64,000 bases of DNA from Bugula neritina (lineage: Eukaryota > Animalia > Bryozoa). Made by a program: the position numbers and the translations under genes. The notes below the pieces were generated by a model. That model saw only the letters and a list, made by a program, of their open reading frames with translations, searched no databases and had not been told where the DNA came from. Positions 1-57,786 of the stretch are shown piece after piece (position 1 is the stretch's first letter; the number at the start of each line of letters is the position of its first letter). The stretch covers positions 21,981,319-22,045,318 of the forward strand of contig OZ037768.1 in NCBI GenBank assembly GCA_964035545.1, read 5' to 3'.

Positions 1-89
1 GGATGAAATCAGCTACAGAAACTCTCTAATTTAAGGTTCAGTGAATTTGAAGAGTGTTTGTTGTCTCTGCATTAACTCTCTTAAATCCC

Positions 90-3000
90 TCATGCAGATA
101 CAACTGATAGATTAAAGAAGATGACAGTTTCCAGACAGCTGTCATTGCTGCCGTTTGACAGCCTGCTGCCTTTCACAATCACCTTCAGCTAATAAAAACT
201 CAATTATTAAATTTGGGAATTTTATGTTCTAAAAGTTTGAAGTTTTGCACCATTACTCTTTTAGCTACTTATAAGTTATTCTGAGTGGATGTGAATTTCA
301 TACCATATCGAAGATCAAAAATAAGTTATTTGAAATAAGTTTCTTTTTCAATCTTGTCTCGACTTTTGAACTGTATTGAATGTAAGGATGATGATAGCTG
401 TAAAGGTGATGATATCAGTTGTAACCAAAGAGTTTATAAAAATAACTGGTCAATAGACACTTCGTAGTAGCGAAGTAGAGTGGGGTTTGTATGTGATGAA
501 AGAGAGTTGCTAGTGGCTAGCACATGCTATTCTACGTATACATGTTATTTAGACACGACTGCTCCATACATCAATCACAGGGCTGTCTTATCAAAATTAT
601 AATCTTGCAAATGTTATAACAGGTTATGTTCTATGGGAAATAGGTAATTACATGCACAAATAACCAAATTTGTTTTTTTTGCAAAGAATAGTTATTTAAG
701 TTTTCAGTTTTATATTAGCCTAAATAAATAAAAATAATACCGTAGCATTTAAATTACTTTTTATAGTAAAATTACATTGAATTTTGTATATTTTAAATGC
801 ACTTGTATTAAAGTATCGTCTCATATTATTCAACAAAAACCTCTCCAACCTACTTTAAATAATTGACACGAGTTACATATAGCCACTTTAAACTTATAGA
901 TTTTTAAAATGATTCTGCTGTTCATTACATTATGATTACTAAATTGTCACTTTTACTGTATTAATATAAAGCAGCTGCTCTTAATAATATAATATGAAAC
1001 AAAGAACTGTCTAACTGTACAGTGAGTGGGCACCCATCCTCCCCCTTAAACATAAATTTAGTAGCCACAAATCTTTGATACACACAATATAATGATATTC
1101 ACAAACACTAGATGTGTGTCAGTTGACCAGAATGCATTTCCTCAGCAATTCCTGTTTGGTTTGGGTTACCATTAGCAACGCCATGAGAATAATCAACCAC
1201 TTTATGTTAATATATTAATTGTGTACAATTATGTTCAGGTATATCCATTTAGATAATGGGCAGAGTGAGAGGATATTTGAATAAGAAATGTTACCAGCTC
1301 TTAGCATCTGACACACTGTGGGCAGTGAGGAAAAAGATGTGGTAGTCTTTTGCATTTCATAACATATCATATGTTTATCTGTAGGAAATTATATGGCTTT
1401 AAGTCATGACTAAATGTCAGTGAATTTTTAATGCAAACCAATACTTAGTAACAGACAGTGATAGCTGTAATTGAGTTACTGGGTGACATCATCTTGGCCA
1501 TGGGAAAGCTTTAGGCTGTGGTTGACACGAATATGTGATATTATAGCTAACTACATCAACTGACTGCATTTCACTGCCAATTTAAAAAAAAAATCATGAA
1601 ATCATTTAACAGATCATTTCACATGAGAGAAAATAGGCTCTTTGGCACACATTTATATTAGAATATTATTATATTGCAAGTATTAAAACTATTTTGAAGG
1701 CTTTCAAGGTAAATTATGCATGATATAGTCGTGCAATAAATAATGCAACCATATAGCTTTACAAAACTGATTAACAGATATTTACTAGCGAAATTTAGCT
1801 CCATTATTTATCTCTGAACAAGAAGCAACAGCTAACTTTATTATTTGTGGAAAAAATAGTAAATTCCACCCTCCAGTGTTCCAAAAAAGCATTCATGAGA
1901 AAACTATCTTCATATTACTACAAAATGATTTCATCATCTTGTTTCGTAAATAATTTCAGAGCAATTTTCCATCTGTAAAATTAATGCTGTCTTAGTATTT
2001 TTTCGTAAGTAAATAACACTTTTGTTTGATGAAACAGCAGAAAAATATGTTGGCAAGGCGGCAGCAACATAAGAACTTATGTGGCATCATCCTCTAGTAC
2101 TTCTGATTCAATTTACTCAATTTCCTAAAATCAGCCTACATCATTTGCAAAAGTTCAGTTTGAACTTTGGGTTTTTATGCTCAGTAATAACAACAGCTGG
2201 ACTAGCCTAGGCAGGTACTGCAAGTAAGTTCAGGTGATTGCAGGTGCTTGTAATAACCAACCACTCATCTTGTGGTTATTACAGCTATTATAAGTAAGTG
2301 CTCTTAACCGTGAACTGCCATGTAATAGTTTTACTAATTCAAAAATACCAATTACCAAAATGATTGCCTTATTCATAGTGAGGCATTTCACAACTTGATA
2401 TCTACTTATTATGGAAGTAATTGCTTGTTCGACACACAAAGGTGAAAGGTGCAATTATGGCAGAAACATGTTTCAAAGAAATGATTGTGTAAAACATCCC
2501 ACAGAGTTTATTTTATTATAATATTTACTTTTCAATTTGCAGAAAACTGTTTTTTTTTTTTCCTTGAATTCATCATTTATCATAGCATAATTAACACATA
2601 TTGTAGCTTTAATAATTTCCCCAACAACTATGTTTCACAGTCATTAATCAGTCGACTTCAGTAGGAGGCAAGATGGATAGACTAGAAGTAGCATTACGAT
2701 TAGGTAACTGTTGGCCAGGTGCGAATACTAACTGCATGCTAATATATAATTGTATTCAGATTCCACTCATCTCTTTAAACGAAACCGCAAGAGAAATAAT
2801 CCCCTGTTAATCAGGTAGTACAAACTAGAAAACATACATAATCTTCCGAACCAAAATGAACTTCGTGGGAGTGTTGAATGCTAGATTACACATACATATA
2901 TTGTTATAGTATGGCTGCAAAATAAATTAGTTTTGTAAATTGAATAAATTATATACAATGTGATAATTATGATAAGAATTGTGCAGTATGTGGGAAATTT

Positions 3001-4241
3001 AAAGCTTTCCATAACCCAAATTCTTAAATTATATATCCATGATTATATTGTCATACAAAATATGTCTAGAATTTGATTTAGTTTAAAAAAGCTAGTAGCT
3101 AAGGCTAAAAGTATGGTGCTCGGACAATAATGTGTGCAGTTTCAGCAGCATTTGGCATAGAAGGGGGTTCTTTGAGATTAAGGTTATACTAGCACCAAAA
3201 TATTTATGTTGAGTATTATTATTATTGTAGTTAATGCTGTAAACAAACCAGGGTTATATTGTGCAGTGTTATTTAACAGCAAACTGGTCAGATTTAAAAT
3301 ATGACAAATGTGTAAAGTGCTATTATCTCAGCAAGTGCACGGAGTATTGTATAGAGAGCATTGTGTGGTAACGTAGCAGACGTTCTCATCGTCTGTTTCT
3401 AATGAGCTTTCAACTCTACAAGTGCATTCAGCAAGTTAGCCACAATATAGGTTTAGTAGTTCTTCCTCTTTGGCCCATGCTATTCAATACAAGAGTTATT
3501 AGCAGGGATGTGGTTTCAAAGTCCACCAGTAATTATTATGTAATAATCATCAACTATTTATTTGTTTTATTAAAACTTGAAAACCATGATTTTAATAACA
3601 GTTTTTGCTATTGTAATCCTAATACTATTAGCCCTACGTAACCTAAAACAGCTAAATTAGATTTTAAAGCTACTATTTTTAACTTATTTAACAGGGGGCC
3701 CATATTTTACAAAATAGCAACTGTAAGTTTAATTTTGTGTCGAAAAACCAACAAACTAGTATTTATAATTTTGCCTTATAGATTTACATTCCTCTCCCTT
3801 CTGTATATTATTATAATAATATATTCATATTGTTATTGTATTTGTAAAGATTCTTAGGTTAGACTGTAAAAGCAATAAAATTTAAATAATTTAAATAAAA
3901 ACCTTAGCCATGTTAATTCTATTAAATGTATTTTGCAGCTTAATTTATTCTTTATTGTTGTTTTTCAAAAAATTATCACAATTTGCTTTGTCAGTTCTAG
4001 TGCTAAACACTGTCTACAGCCATAAGCACAAGTACATTCAAATTTTTAGAACTAATAGTAATTCTTATATCTTACCTCCCGCAGCAAAGCTGTGGTGCAT
4101 TTTCCCCTCTCTTCCTTTAAAGGTGATGCGACATTGTGTTAATATTGGCAAGGATTCTGTACTGATGACGAATTCCAATCCAAAAGTTAGCAATAGTAAC
4201 ATTCCTGCAGTCATTTTCCAAACAAACTTCGCAAATGCCAT
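90..4241 (-). CDS. Possible small secreted protein gene (incomplete model)
   Basis: Exon 4076-4241: ATG, hydrophobic signal-like stretch (MAFAKFVWKMTAGMLLLLTFGLEFVIST) and strong donor GAG|GTAAGA, phase 1. Exon 1295-1378 (TTTCCTACAG...GTAACA) is open only in phase 1. Exons 304-397 and 90-188 (TTTTTATTAG, ends TGA) join in phase. One phase 1-to-2 exon could not be found. Confidence 0.3.
1165..1179. promoter_or_regulatory. RFX X-box-like motif
   Basis: GTTACC-ATT-AGCAAC, two half-sites with a 3-nt spacer. Confidence 0.3.
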
Positions 4242-6381
4242 AGCAAGCAGTACGAATTTCAAAGGAAAATAATTGGTGAAGTTACCAATACCATATACTT
4301 AGTATACAGTAGCTTCTTTATTACCAGTTCGCTTATTTAAAAAAATGTCAAACAATAAAAGTAGGCAATGATCGTGTATATATAAGTTCAATTCGTGCAC
4401 TAGACGACAGTACTAATACAGATAGCTACTATTTAGGGAATGATATCACAGACGATACACTGACTAGAATCTGCTAAATGAACAGTTAACCCCGCCCATT
4501 GTATCTAATAGGAATACACAATAAGCCTACGGAAAGCTGATGAATGTAGTGTACTCCGGCATTGTGTAGTTGCTAGCTGGTTAATTAGGTTGAGTCAACG
4601 GTAATGGAGAAAAGTAAACAATGATTGTAAATCGAAACAACTAGCTAAGAAAACAACTTAGTACCATTTGTACCCAAAGTCTTTTTATCCAGTGAATGGT
4701 CTTTAAATTATTGCTTAATTACAGTTGCTTTTCTGCTTCATTAATATCAATTATTATTATTGTAGTATTGAATTGAACACAAAAGATTGTAATTTTTTCC
4801 CATAAAGAATATGCTATATGCATATAAAACTAATAATTTGACTCCACTTACAATAACACGTTCATAAAGATCAGCTACACGAATAAACACACTGGAGTTG
4901 TGGCTTTCATCTGAAATATGCAGTAGCGTTGGTAATGAAAGTTAATTCAGCTTACTAAATGCCTACAAAATATTTTAAACGTGATCTAAGTAAACAAGAT
5001 GGCATGCTATATACATGTATGAACTAAAAGTGCTGTCAACAGTCAAATGAGTTGAAATTAAAATTATATGTGTTATAGGGTGCTCCATTGTAAACAAATA
5101 CATGCTAGTGAGGTAATAATTAATGCTTCTTGTGCCGCAATAGCTGCTCAAACTTTATATATATACATTTAGACAATAATCTTTATTAAATTATTCTTAG
5201 AATTTCGAATCTTGTTTTTTTCGATTTACCAAACAGAAGTTTTTAAGAAGAAATCGAAACTCTGAAAAAAGTGATCATGAGATTCAATGAGAAATTCCTT
5301 GCAATTCACTACAGAAAGATTTAAAATAAATGGAGTACCATGCAGATTCAGTTACATGAATTTGAAGCATAAAATGAACCCTACACTCGTATCAACACTG
5401 AAAACTACAGAAATGTCCCAATTTAACAATAACTTAGTCTATGATTATGTTTCCAAACAAAAAAATTTTTATTTTCTCTCAAGTATTTTCAACAGGACTT
5501 TAAAATTGACTCATAAAAACAGTGTGTTTACTTTGATTGACGTAGATACATGAATACTGCCACTCATCAAGGTCAAGCTAGGGTTATCACAACATCTAAT
5601 ACCTTGCAAATGTTTATGGTACTCAAAATATGGAGGCTTTTTACGAAATATAAATACCAGTTGCACTAAAACATATATTATTACCTACTGTTGGTCATAA
5701 CAAACAGTCCAGCAGACTTCATCGTTTGATTATAGTTGAAGAAAAAAAAGTATGTTATTTTTATTTTCGCTAAAACTATTTAATTTAATTTTAGTTTCAA
5801 AATTATTCTGATACTATATTGCAAATAATTAAATTGTCACCATTGTTTAGAATTGTTGCAACCTGGAAATGTTTCAACAGCAAAATTATTCTGTATAAAC
5901 TCTATAGTGTGTAACATAAACTCATTTTTAACTGGTATATCTAAGCATTGTACAATAATACTGCTTATGTAATGCACTTAACACACAATAATGTACTATT
6001 AGCTTAAGAACAGGTAGCTGAAATTGATAAACTTGCTTTAACACATAAAGAATTATAATGTAAATAAAATTGGCAGGCAAAATACAGTATACAAGTTATT
6101 TGCTTCTCGATTTGTAATTCATATACATCAGATGAAGTAAAGCAATTGAATAGTTTTCGAATTGTGATGTAAAACGGATAAAATGAAGTCAAGCATGTGC
6201 TAAATGTGTACTACATATTAATTAACAAATAACTTATTATAATTCAGTCTTTCACCTCTTCTATTGACTTGGTGATTTGAAGAATAGAAAGCTGTAAATG
6301 CACTTTATTTATAGAGTGCATAACTCCAAATGCAATTAACTGATTCATCAAACTTAAAGAGCCCATGTGAGATTTTAATTG

Positions 6382-6462
6382 GATGCTTCAGCTAACATCA
6401 CCAATGACCCTGCTAAAGTTTGAACCTTAGTGGCATCCTAAGTCAGTGCTCTAACGGCTAAG
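6382..6462 (-). mobile_element. SINE family A, partial copy
   Basis: rc GTTAGAGCACTG...GGTTCAAAC...GTCATTGGTGATGTTAG..GAAGCATC matches the family head and body. Confidence 0.55.
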
Positions 6463-7611
6463 TTGCTCTGGTGCAAAGTTGAAGTCTTTAAATTAAATTT
6501 AACAGATATATTTGTTGAATGGTGAATTGTGTAGTTTCCAAATAAAGCAGCACACTCACAACCTAAAAGCCAAGCAAAGATTTAATTTTCTGCCCAATCT
6601 CTACTCATTATATAAGAAACAGAATTGTTCCAAGTAGAACAAATGGTAGAGCTCTACTAACTTTGCTTTAGGCAAGTCATTTTAAAAGTTAATGAATACT
6701 ACAATATACTTGGTGGAATACTTAACAATTGGATTTAAAATAAAATACGAAGTTAATAATTATGTTTTTGTAAAATGTTGAAAATTAAAACTAAAAATTG
6801 TTTGGGAGAATCAACATCTTTGATACTGTATTACACTGTATAAAACTTTATGATACTATATAATATACTACGTGTTATATACTCTATTATACTGCATAAT
6901 ACTATACAATATACTGTATAATACTTTATGATACTATATAATATACTGTATTATACTGTATACTAAGCAGACAAAGTTTTCAGCTATAAAACAAGAAAAG
7001 ACTAAGTTTTATACACACATACGAGTCTAACTACAGCCCCTAAACTTTAGGTTAGTACAAGTCTTGCTTTAAATCAAAATTTACAAACATCTCATATACA
7101 CAATCATCCACAAATCCTAGACTTGACCCTGTTGTGCACTAAACTTTATGACCTCAGCAAAAATAATTAAATAATTTTCCACATATAGATCATTGATTTC
7201 ATTATTATGTATGAAAAAGCTACTACATATTAACTGTGAAATTAGTGTCCCAAAATAGTTTGGATAAGCATAATACATGTGCAATCTTATATATAATACC
7301 ATTTCCTAGTGCACACAGGTTTTACTATAAGATGCATAATATAAGCTAAACCAAAGCAGTTTTATTGTCATTAAATAGAGTAATTATTATGCATTATGTA
7401 TACTCAAAAACCTTGGACTTGCACTCTATCTTTGTACTTGGCTTGTCAGCCGTTGACACTCAGATAATATGTATGCTAATTTCAGGTTATTGAAAAACTT
7501 CTTTAGTAGTATTTTAGCATAGAAGATTGTCATTGTCTAGTAATCTAAGATTAGAATTATATGTGACTGTTTAGGACAGCAAGTAGAATATGATATGATA
7601 TAAACACAGTA

Positions 7612-7857
<246 letters not shown>

Positions 7858-7970
7858 GGGATAGATATTCCCATCTCTTCATCTGCTTGACTATAACACG
7901 GCTATGTAGTCTCAAATCTTTTGCTGCCAAAGTTTTTGCAGTAGAAAGCTGATAATACTATACTATCTGT

Positions 7971-8150
7971 GCTGTTGCTGAGCAGTGGTTAGAGCACTTG
8001 CTTGTGGTTTGAATCCCAGTAAAGGCCGTTGGTGATGCTATAGGAAGGGAATCCAGTCATAATTGTGCCCTAACCACAGTAGAAAAAAGTCCTTAGCCTG
8101 CTTACAAAAACCTTTCCAACAGGGTTTTTCACAGGGATAGCCCTATAAAC
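7971..8150 (+). mobile_element. tRNA-derived SINE, family A
   Basis: A-box-like AGCAGTGGTTAGAGC and B-box-like GGTTTGAATCC; body TTGGTGATGCTA..GGAAG..CCAGTCATAAT..GTCCTTAGCC..CACAGGGATAG..CTATAAAC shared with copies at 14952 and 31965. Confidence 0.75.
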
Positions 8151-10196
8151 CCATTATATGATGTTGGCCACATTTGCTACTTGCCCAGATATACAATAAT
8201 TACTAGTATTAGTGCAGCATTACTTGTACCAACACTTCGCAGTTAAAACTTGATTAATTAATTAGTTGAGTGTGCTTGGCTTTGAAACTCAGCTGAGGGA
8301 ATATTAATTGTTTTATCGAGTGGAGAATTAGTAGCATACTTGGAAGACAAGTCATTGAGTCTGTATCCCAACAATTTACATAATTCTCCACCCTCGGTTA
8401 CCATTTTATAATAATCCATCAAACTTTTCCATGTTTTTTGCTCTTTGTTGGCAAAATATTTGTGATGTTTTGAAAATGTAGGTAACTGGTAAGTGTTTTT
8501 TGGCTAAAAGCTACGTTTTTGTAAAACTGTTGCCATGCCGATAGCCTATGCGTTTATTAGTTGGCAGTTAAATAGCTAATTGAATAGCAGGTATGTGCAA
8601 AAGTTGTTTTCTGGTTAAGTGTGCGCCTAATTATAGCGCAGAGTGTTTATAGCCATGTAAATTAAAACATTTACATCTGCAGCCCAAACTTTAACGCAAT
8701 GATTGAAAAAAATCAGAGTAAAAACAGCTTTGAACATACAATGTGCAAAAACTTAGCCCACAACCAAGAGAACAAAGGATAGAGTGCACTATTGCTAGTA
8801 TATTCATCTACTTGAGATGCAACATGTCTAGGTATGATATTTCCAACCATAAGTAAGTATTAACTGGCTGCATAATTTCCAGATACAATAATATACACAA
8901 ATATTACACAAATCCTAGAAACTAGACTATTTGTCTGTGTAGAAAATTGACACCGTGCCTGTGGGCTACTGCCCAGTCTCGCCTTTCACAATGACAATAG
9001 TATCTGCTAATGCAGCGTAAGTACAACTCATAAACAATCCATTTTACCAGACTTATCTAAGATTTAGCAAACACTGCTCACCAAGCTCTGATAATAGCAT
9101 GAGTAAATGTTTGCCCCGAGGTCCTATGTAGTAGATAGCGGAGAGTAATCTCAGCTATTAAACTAATTGAGGCTGCGTTAGATCCACTCCTTGACGAGCT
9201 TCAACTGATAAAAGTGTCATCGGGCCAATTACTCATTCTCCGCATCAGCTGTAGTCTCCTGGCTGTTTGAACTCGTGATACTATAACTGGGTTAGGGACA
9301 CCCACTGTGCATTTAATTTAATGAATCATGGGCAAAATATGTTACAAGTTATGCAAATTGTTGTGATGTAAGCTTAAGATTATATAAGTTTTTCAAAGCA
9401 AAACTTTAGATATAATCTGTCAAAAAAGTACCATTTAGATTTGCTTCCTTCAGGCACCGCATGTGTGAAATACTACGACACGATTGTTTATTGTTACATT
9501 ATGAGAAACATATCCAATAAAATGTGTCAAATAATACTAAAACTGCCAACTATATTACATATTACAACCCTATAGCCACTGTTCCAGCAGATAAACCATA
9601 AAGATGACGGCAAAACAGTAAGCTGATTAAGTACCCTTTTTACACGTAGATAGAGTTAAGCCTTAGTTTCTACAAATTACTTCACAGCTAATATTAAACT
9701 ACTTTCTAAATTTATAATATATACATTATGATGCAACTACAGATTGTGATATAATTTTGTACTGAAAGCATTTGTCATGGTTATATTATTTCCTTAGAGC
9801 TGCATTTTAACCAAGTGTTCTGTTATATAGCAGCAAAAACTTGCCACTCTATTATAGAATGTGATTGAGCTTTCAAGCTCTAAAGCTCGGAGAAATATTT
9901 CAACAAATTTCTTTTACAAAGTTCCAAGCTTTACAATAAAGTGTTGTTATACTAAAGGTACGAGCAGTGGGTGAAAACGTAGAGATTCGGGGAGATTCTT
10001 GTTGCGTGTATTTGCTATTTCGTTTCAAATCAGTAAAAGTATAACATAATAGCAGGGGAAGTAACTTCAATATATGGAAATAAAATTTAAAGCTTAAATA
10101 ATTTCCTTAAATGATACCAAAAACAGCTCAAATAAATATAATTATGTAATTCATGTTTAAAAACAGAATTCATTGACTAGACATGTACCAAAAGTG

Positions 10197-10302
10197 CTCT
10201 AATTGGTTACATTACATAATATTTACCATCTGATTGGTTAAACTATTTTGTACTCTAATTGGTTAAACTGAGTAGTGTTTGATATCTGATTGGCTGAACT
10301 AC

Positions 10303-10330
<28 letters not shown>
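10197..10330. repeat. Five CCAAT/Y-box-containing repeats spanning the tubulin stop codon
   Basis: ATTGG starts at 10202, 10233, 10258, 10289, 10320; context (T)CT(G/A)ATTGG(T/C)T. Confidence 0.75.
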
Positions 10331-16128
<5,798 letters not shown>

Positions 16129-16415
16129 TTTGCCTAAAAGTTGAAATGCAAAAACACGTCTGTATTAAGGCAGTTGTTTTGCAGAAGTGAGGGGCAAAAT
16201 ATTGTATATATTAGAAAATAATGTAGAAGAGTAGACATAAGTTACAAGGCAAGATAAAATAAAGAGAGAGATAAGAACTTTATAAGAGACGCCAGAGAGC
16301 CCCAGCTGGGAGATATCAATATTCACATATGGAGAAGGCATTAGCAGAGATAAAAGGGACAAAGCAATTAGTTTAATTTAATTAAGCAGTGGTGAGTCAT
16401 ATCTGAGTGATGAAA

Positions 16416-16421
16416 TTTATT
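16416..16421 (-). terminator. Candidate polyadenylation signal of the giant gene
   Basis: AATAAA on minus strand ~420 nt after the TAG at 16843, followed by pyrimidine-rich sequence. Confidence 0.55.
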
Positions 16422-16842
16422 TCAAATATAAGCGTAAACTCTGAAAATATAAGATAACATTCAATTAGGCAGGACAGGTGTTGTGAATCATGGACGGAGT
16501 AGAAAGTAAAATTAATAAATAATGAGTGTAAAATATCACAATGTAGACAATTCTTACCATAAAAATATTAAAAATAGTGACAAAACAAAGGATAGGTTTA
16601 TAGCAAGTTTATAAATTTCATGCTTTGTTTGCCACAGAGTTTTCTAGACTTAAACATGTCTTTAATTATAAATACAGAATAAAAACATGAAGGAAACAAA
16701 ATCGATTATGCAAACATTTGAGACATCAAAGTAAATAAATGACAGAAATTATTACAAAAACACAATTCAATCATATGACCTTGACATAGAGCTAAATAGT
16801 CTGAGTAATGGACAGACGGAAGTAAAAAGCAGAAAACAGGAA

Positions 16843-54682
<37,840 letters not shown>

Positions 54683-55562
54683 GCTGTAGAAAGTTGTGTG
54701 CGTTTCAGTTTTACAGATTTTGTAAAAAAAACATCAGTCTTTTTTGTCTTTTTTAAATAGAGACAAACCAATACATGCAAATAAATTAATAAAAATATTT
54801 GACAAATTTTCTATAATCCCTAAGCAAAACTATTTGCATTACTTTACATTATTGCTTTACTTTAATTGCATGTACATAAATTAAAATTGAAATTTAACAA
54901 ATTATTCAAAAACTTGATTTAGAAATTTGCAAAAGGTGAAAGTGATTGAGTTATAGTTGCTGAATAAGCTGTACATTGATCTGGAATTTTATTTCAATTT
55001 GAATATGAAAACAAATCCACAATGGTTCATACAGCAAAACTAAATAGTAAATATGTAAGCACCAAATGTCAATTTAAACTCTCTTATTCCAAGTATTGCC
55101 TCGAATTTGATTATGCATGCAACATTCAGTTTCATAGTGATAGTGGCACTGGCAACATCATGGCATTGAATCCAATAATGATATTGTCATTGATATTGAA
55201 GAATAGTACAATGAAATCGAATGCAATATTCAGCCTCATCATTAGTATTTCTAATCACTCAAATCATTTTATACTTGATATTATTCCAATTGTATTAAAA
55301 TTAATATTATTATCATTATGATTATCATTATTATTATTAAGACTCAAGAGTCAAGTTCAAGAAAAAAATTGCAACATCAACTATAACTATAAGTATCGTA
55401 TTGCAAAGCTGCGTTACAAAGGCATGGTCACCATGTAGCAAATATAATTTCATTGCTACAACGACTATAATTATAAAATCATTAATATCTAATTATAATA
55501 ATTAGAAATATAAAGTTCAGGTCCACGTTCAGATTCGATGTGAGCCCTGAAGTAGTCAGTTA

Positions 55563-55573
55563 GCGCACGCGCA
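55563..55573. promoter_or_regulatory. NRF1-like motif in putative head-to-head promoter region
   Basis: GCGCACGCGCA, a CpG-containing motif in otherwise very AT-rich DNA between the divergent ATGs at 54682 and 57787; matches YGCGCAYGCGCR except the first base. Confidence 0.5.
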
Positions 55574-57786
55574 TTCGGTAACCAAAACAAATGGATTAAC
55601 ACCAAAAAGCTATATCCGTATCAAGCTGAGCTTGAGTTAACACCCTCCACAAGTAATTTATGTCTAAATATTCATATTAATATTGTTATAATTATCAATA
55701 ATAACAATATTATTATTTAATTTTATCATTGAGTTTGAAAATCAAAGTGTTACTAATAGTTAAAATTGAAACTAAAAGTTAATTACCTGTACTAAATTAG
55801 TTAATTTTATAACTTAACAATAGTCATAGACATAGTCAATGATTATAAATCATTAAATGAATAATTATAATCATAATGGTAACACTATGGCTAAGTCTAA
55901 CGCTAACAGTAACCCTGAAATTGTTACTATAGCATTATCATTATGATTAAGATTAACACTTAAAGTTAAACTAACAAGTAATAACTAAATAAGTAATATT
56001 AATAGTAATACTGTTATTAAATTTAATGACATTAACAGATAATGATATTCATATTGATAACATTATGATTAAGTGATTAACTATAGCTATAAGTAATAAC
56101 TAATAATTTAAACTATAACCTAAAGTCTAGACTATAGTATTACTATTAGTATAACTATAATTACATTATTATGTTGATGAGCATACTCACTTTCATAGCA
56201 ATGCGTAATGCCAATGATGATAGTCATTGTGATTGTATAGCAATACTTATACTTGACTTATAGTTACTGTAATTTTGCTAACAGTTGGTGAAATGTCTCA
56301 CATTTGTTTTAGGTAGTGCTACTTAGGCTAATAATAATTATAATAATATTAAAACAGGGCTGCGTAGTTACACTCATGTTCCATGCAGTGCAAAAATATT
56401 AACAACTATCTTAACAGCTAGCTATCAGATAAATACAGTTTGAGGGTTGTAGGCGGGAGCAATTTGGTTTTATAATAATAAATTCTGCTCACAGATGTCT
56501 TCAATTGAGTATATTTTAGCTCAATGGCTGTTGAAATTGTGGTCAGGCTTGTAGTATTAGAAATCCAAAACTGCTGCAAATATCATGATTTAAAGTTACT
56601 GCCTATCAAATTATTGGACATTGAAAAAATTAAAACATTATATTTTTAACAGACAATAAAGATGAGCTGTAATCACAGCAATAACATTAATTTTTAAAAG
56701 TTATCCATCAAGCATAATATTTATTATTTATGGTCATGATAAATTGTTGGAAATAAATATTATAACAATCAAATATATAACATATATCTTATCTGTGGAA
56801 TCTCTTTGATGTCAAATTTTATAACTTGGTTATGTTTATGTGCTTTTAATCAATGTTATTGTGTTTCAGATTTGATAGTCTCATTTTTTTCAGTCTCCTA
56901 GAATTATTAAAATCACTTCTGTCATTTGTTTAAATTTAGCAATCAATTTAAGTTGTCAACTGCCATTTGGTAGTATTGCCAAATACTGTGAGATATGTTT
57001 ACTTGTAATGATTATACCTCATATTTATTATTTTTGTTGTACTTTTAAATCCAACTATATTTTCAAAGCTTCCAATTTGCCTAAATTTTGAACTCCCTCT
57101 TTCCATTGGTTTAACTATCTTGTTGGTAGCCTATAAGCCAGAAGGCAATTATTTTATGTTTGATGTCTTCTGCAGCCATGCATTAATCTTATCTAGAAAA
57201 TAAAATGTTGCAATTTGTTGAAAATTATTGATAAAGACCTGATGTGTTTTCAGATTGCTTTATCTCTACATTTTCAGGTTGAATTTACATATCACATTGG
57301 CAGGTGAAGAATATTATCAAGTTATTATAAAGCTTGCAAATAGTATATTTTCCCTGAATGGATTTAATAAATTTGATGTAACTTATGAAACATTAAGTTG
57401 TTTGCTTTGTGTATCTTGACATTGAAAAAATAAACACATTTTTATAGTCTATGTATTGGACGGTTTGAACAGTCGTAGGCGAATCTGTTTTGGTTTCAAC
57501 AAGCCACTGAGATGAGCTGATAAAACAAGCCTGTCGTCTATTTATAGAAACATAGTAATAATGCTGATTGTTAACAAAATAATGATTTCACCATTCTCAA
57601 CTGCTACAGTTTTATTTCTTTTACATGAATTTATTTCATCATGTGACGGTTAATAATGACCCCATCCTATTCACAGGATGTATTTCCTTCAACAGCTGAC
57701 CTTTGCAAATCATCACTAAATACTTATTCACTCAGCTATCAATCTAGTTCTATTTCCCTGACTGGTGTGTTGAGAAAACATCCGCC

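Noticed and set aside
2230-3420. Selenocysteine or stop read-through at TGA codons in short minus-strand frames
   Set aside because: No established gene model or SECIS-like hairpin seen; TGAs are expected in non-coding DNA.
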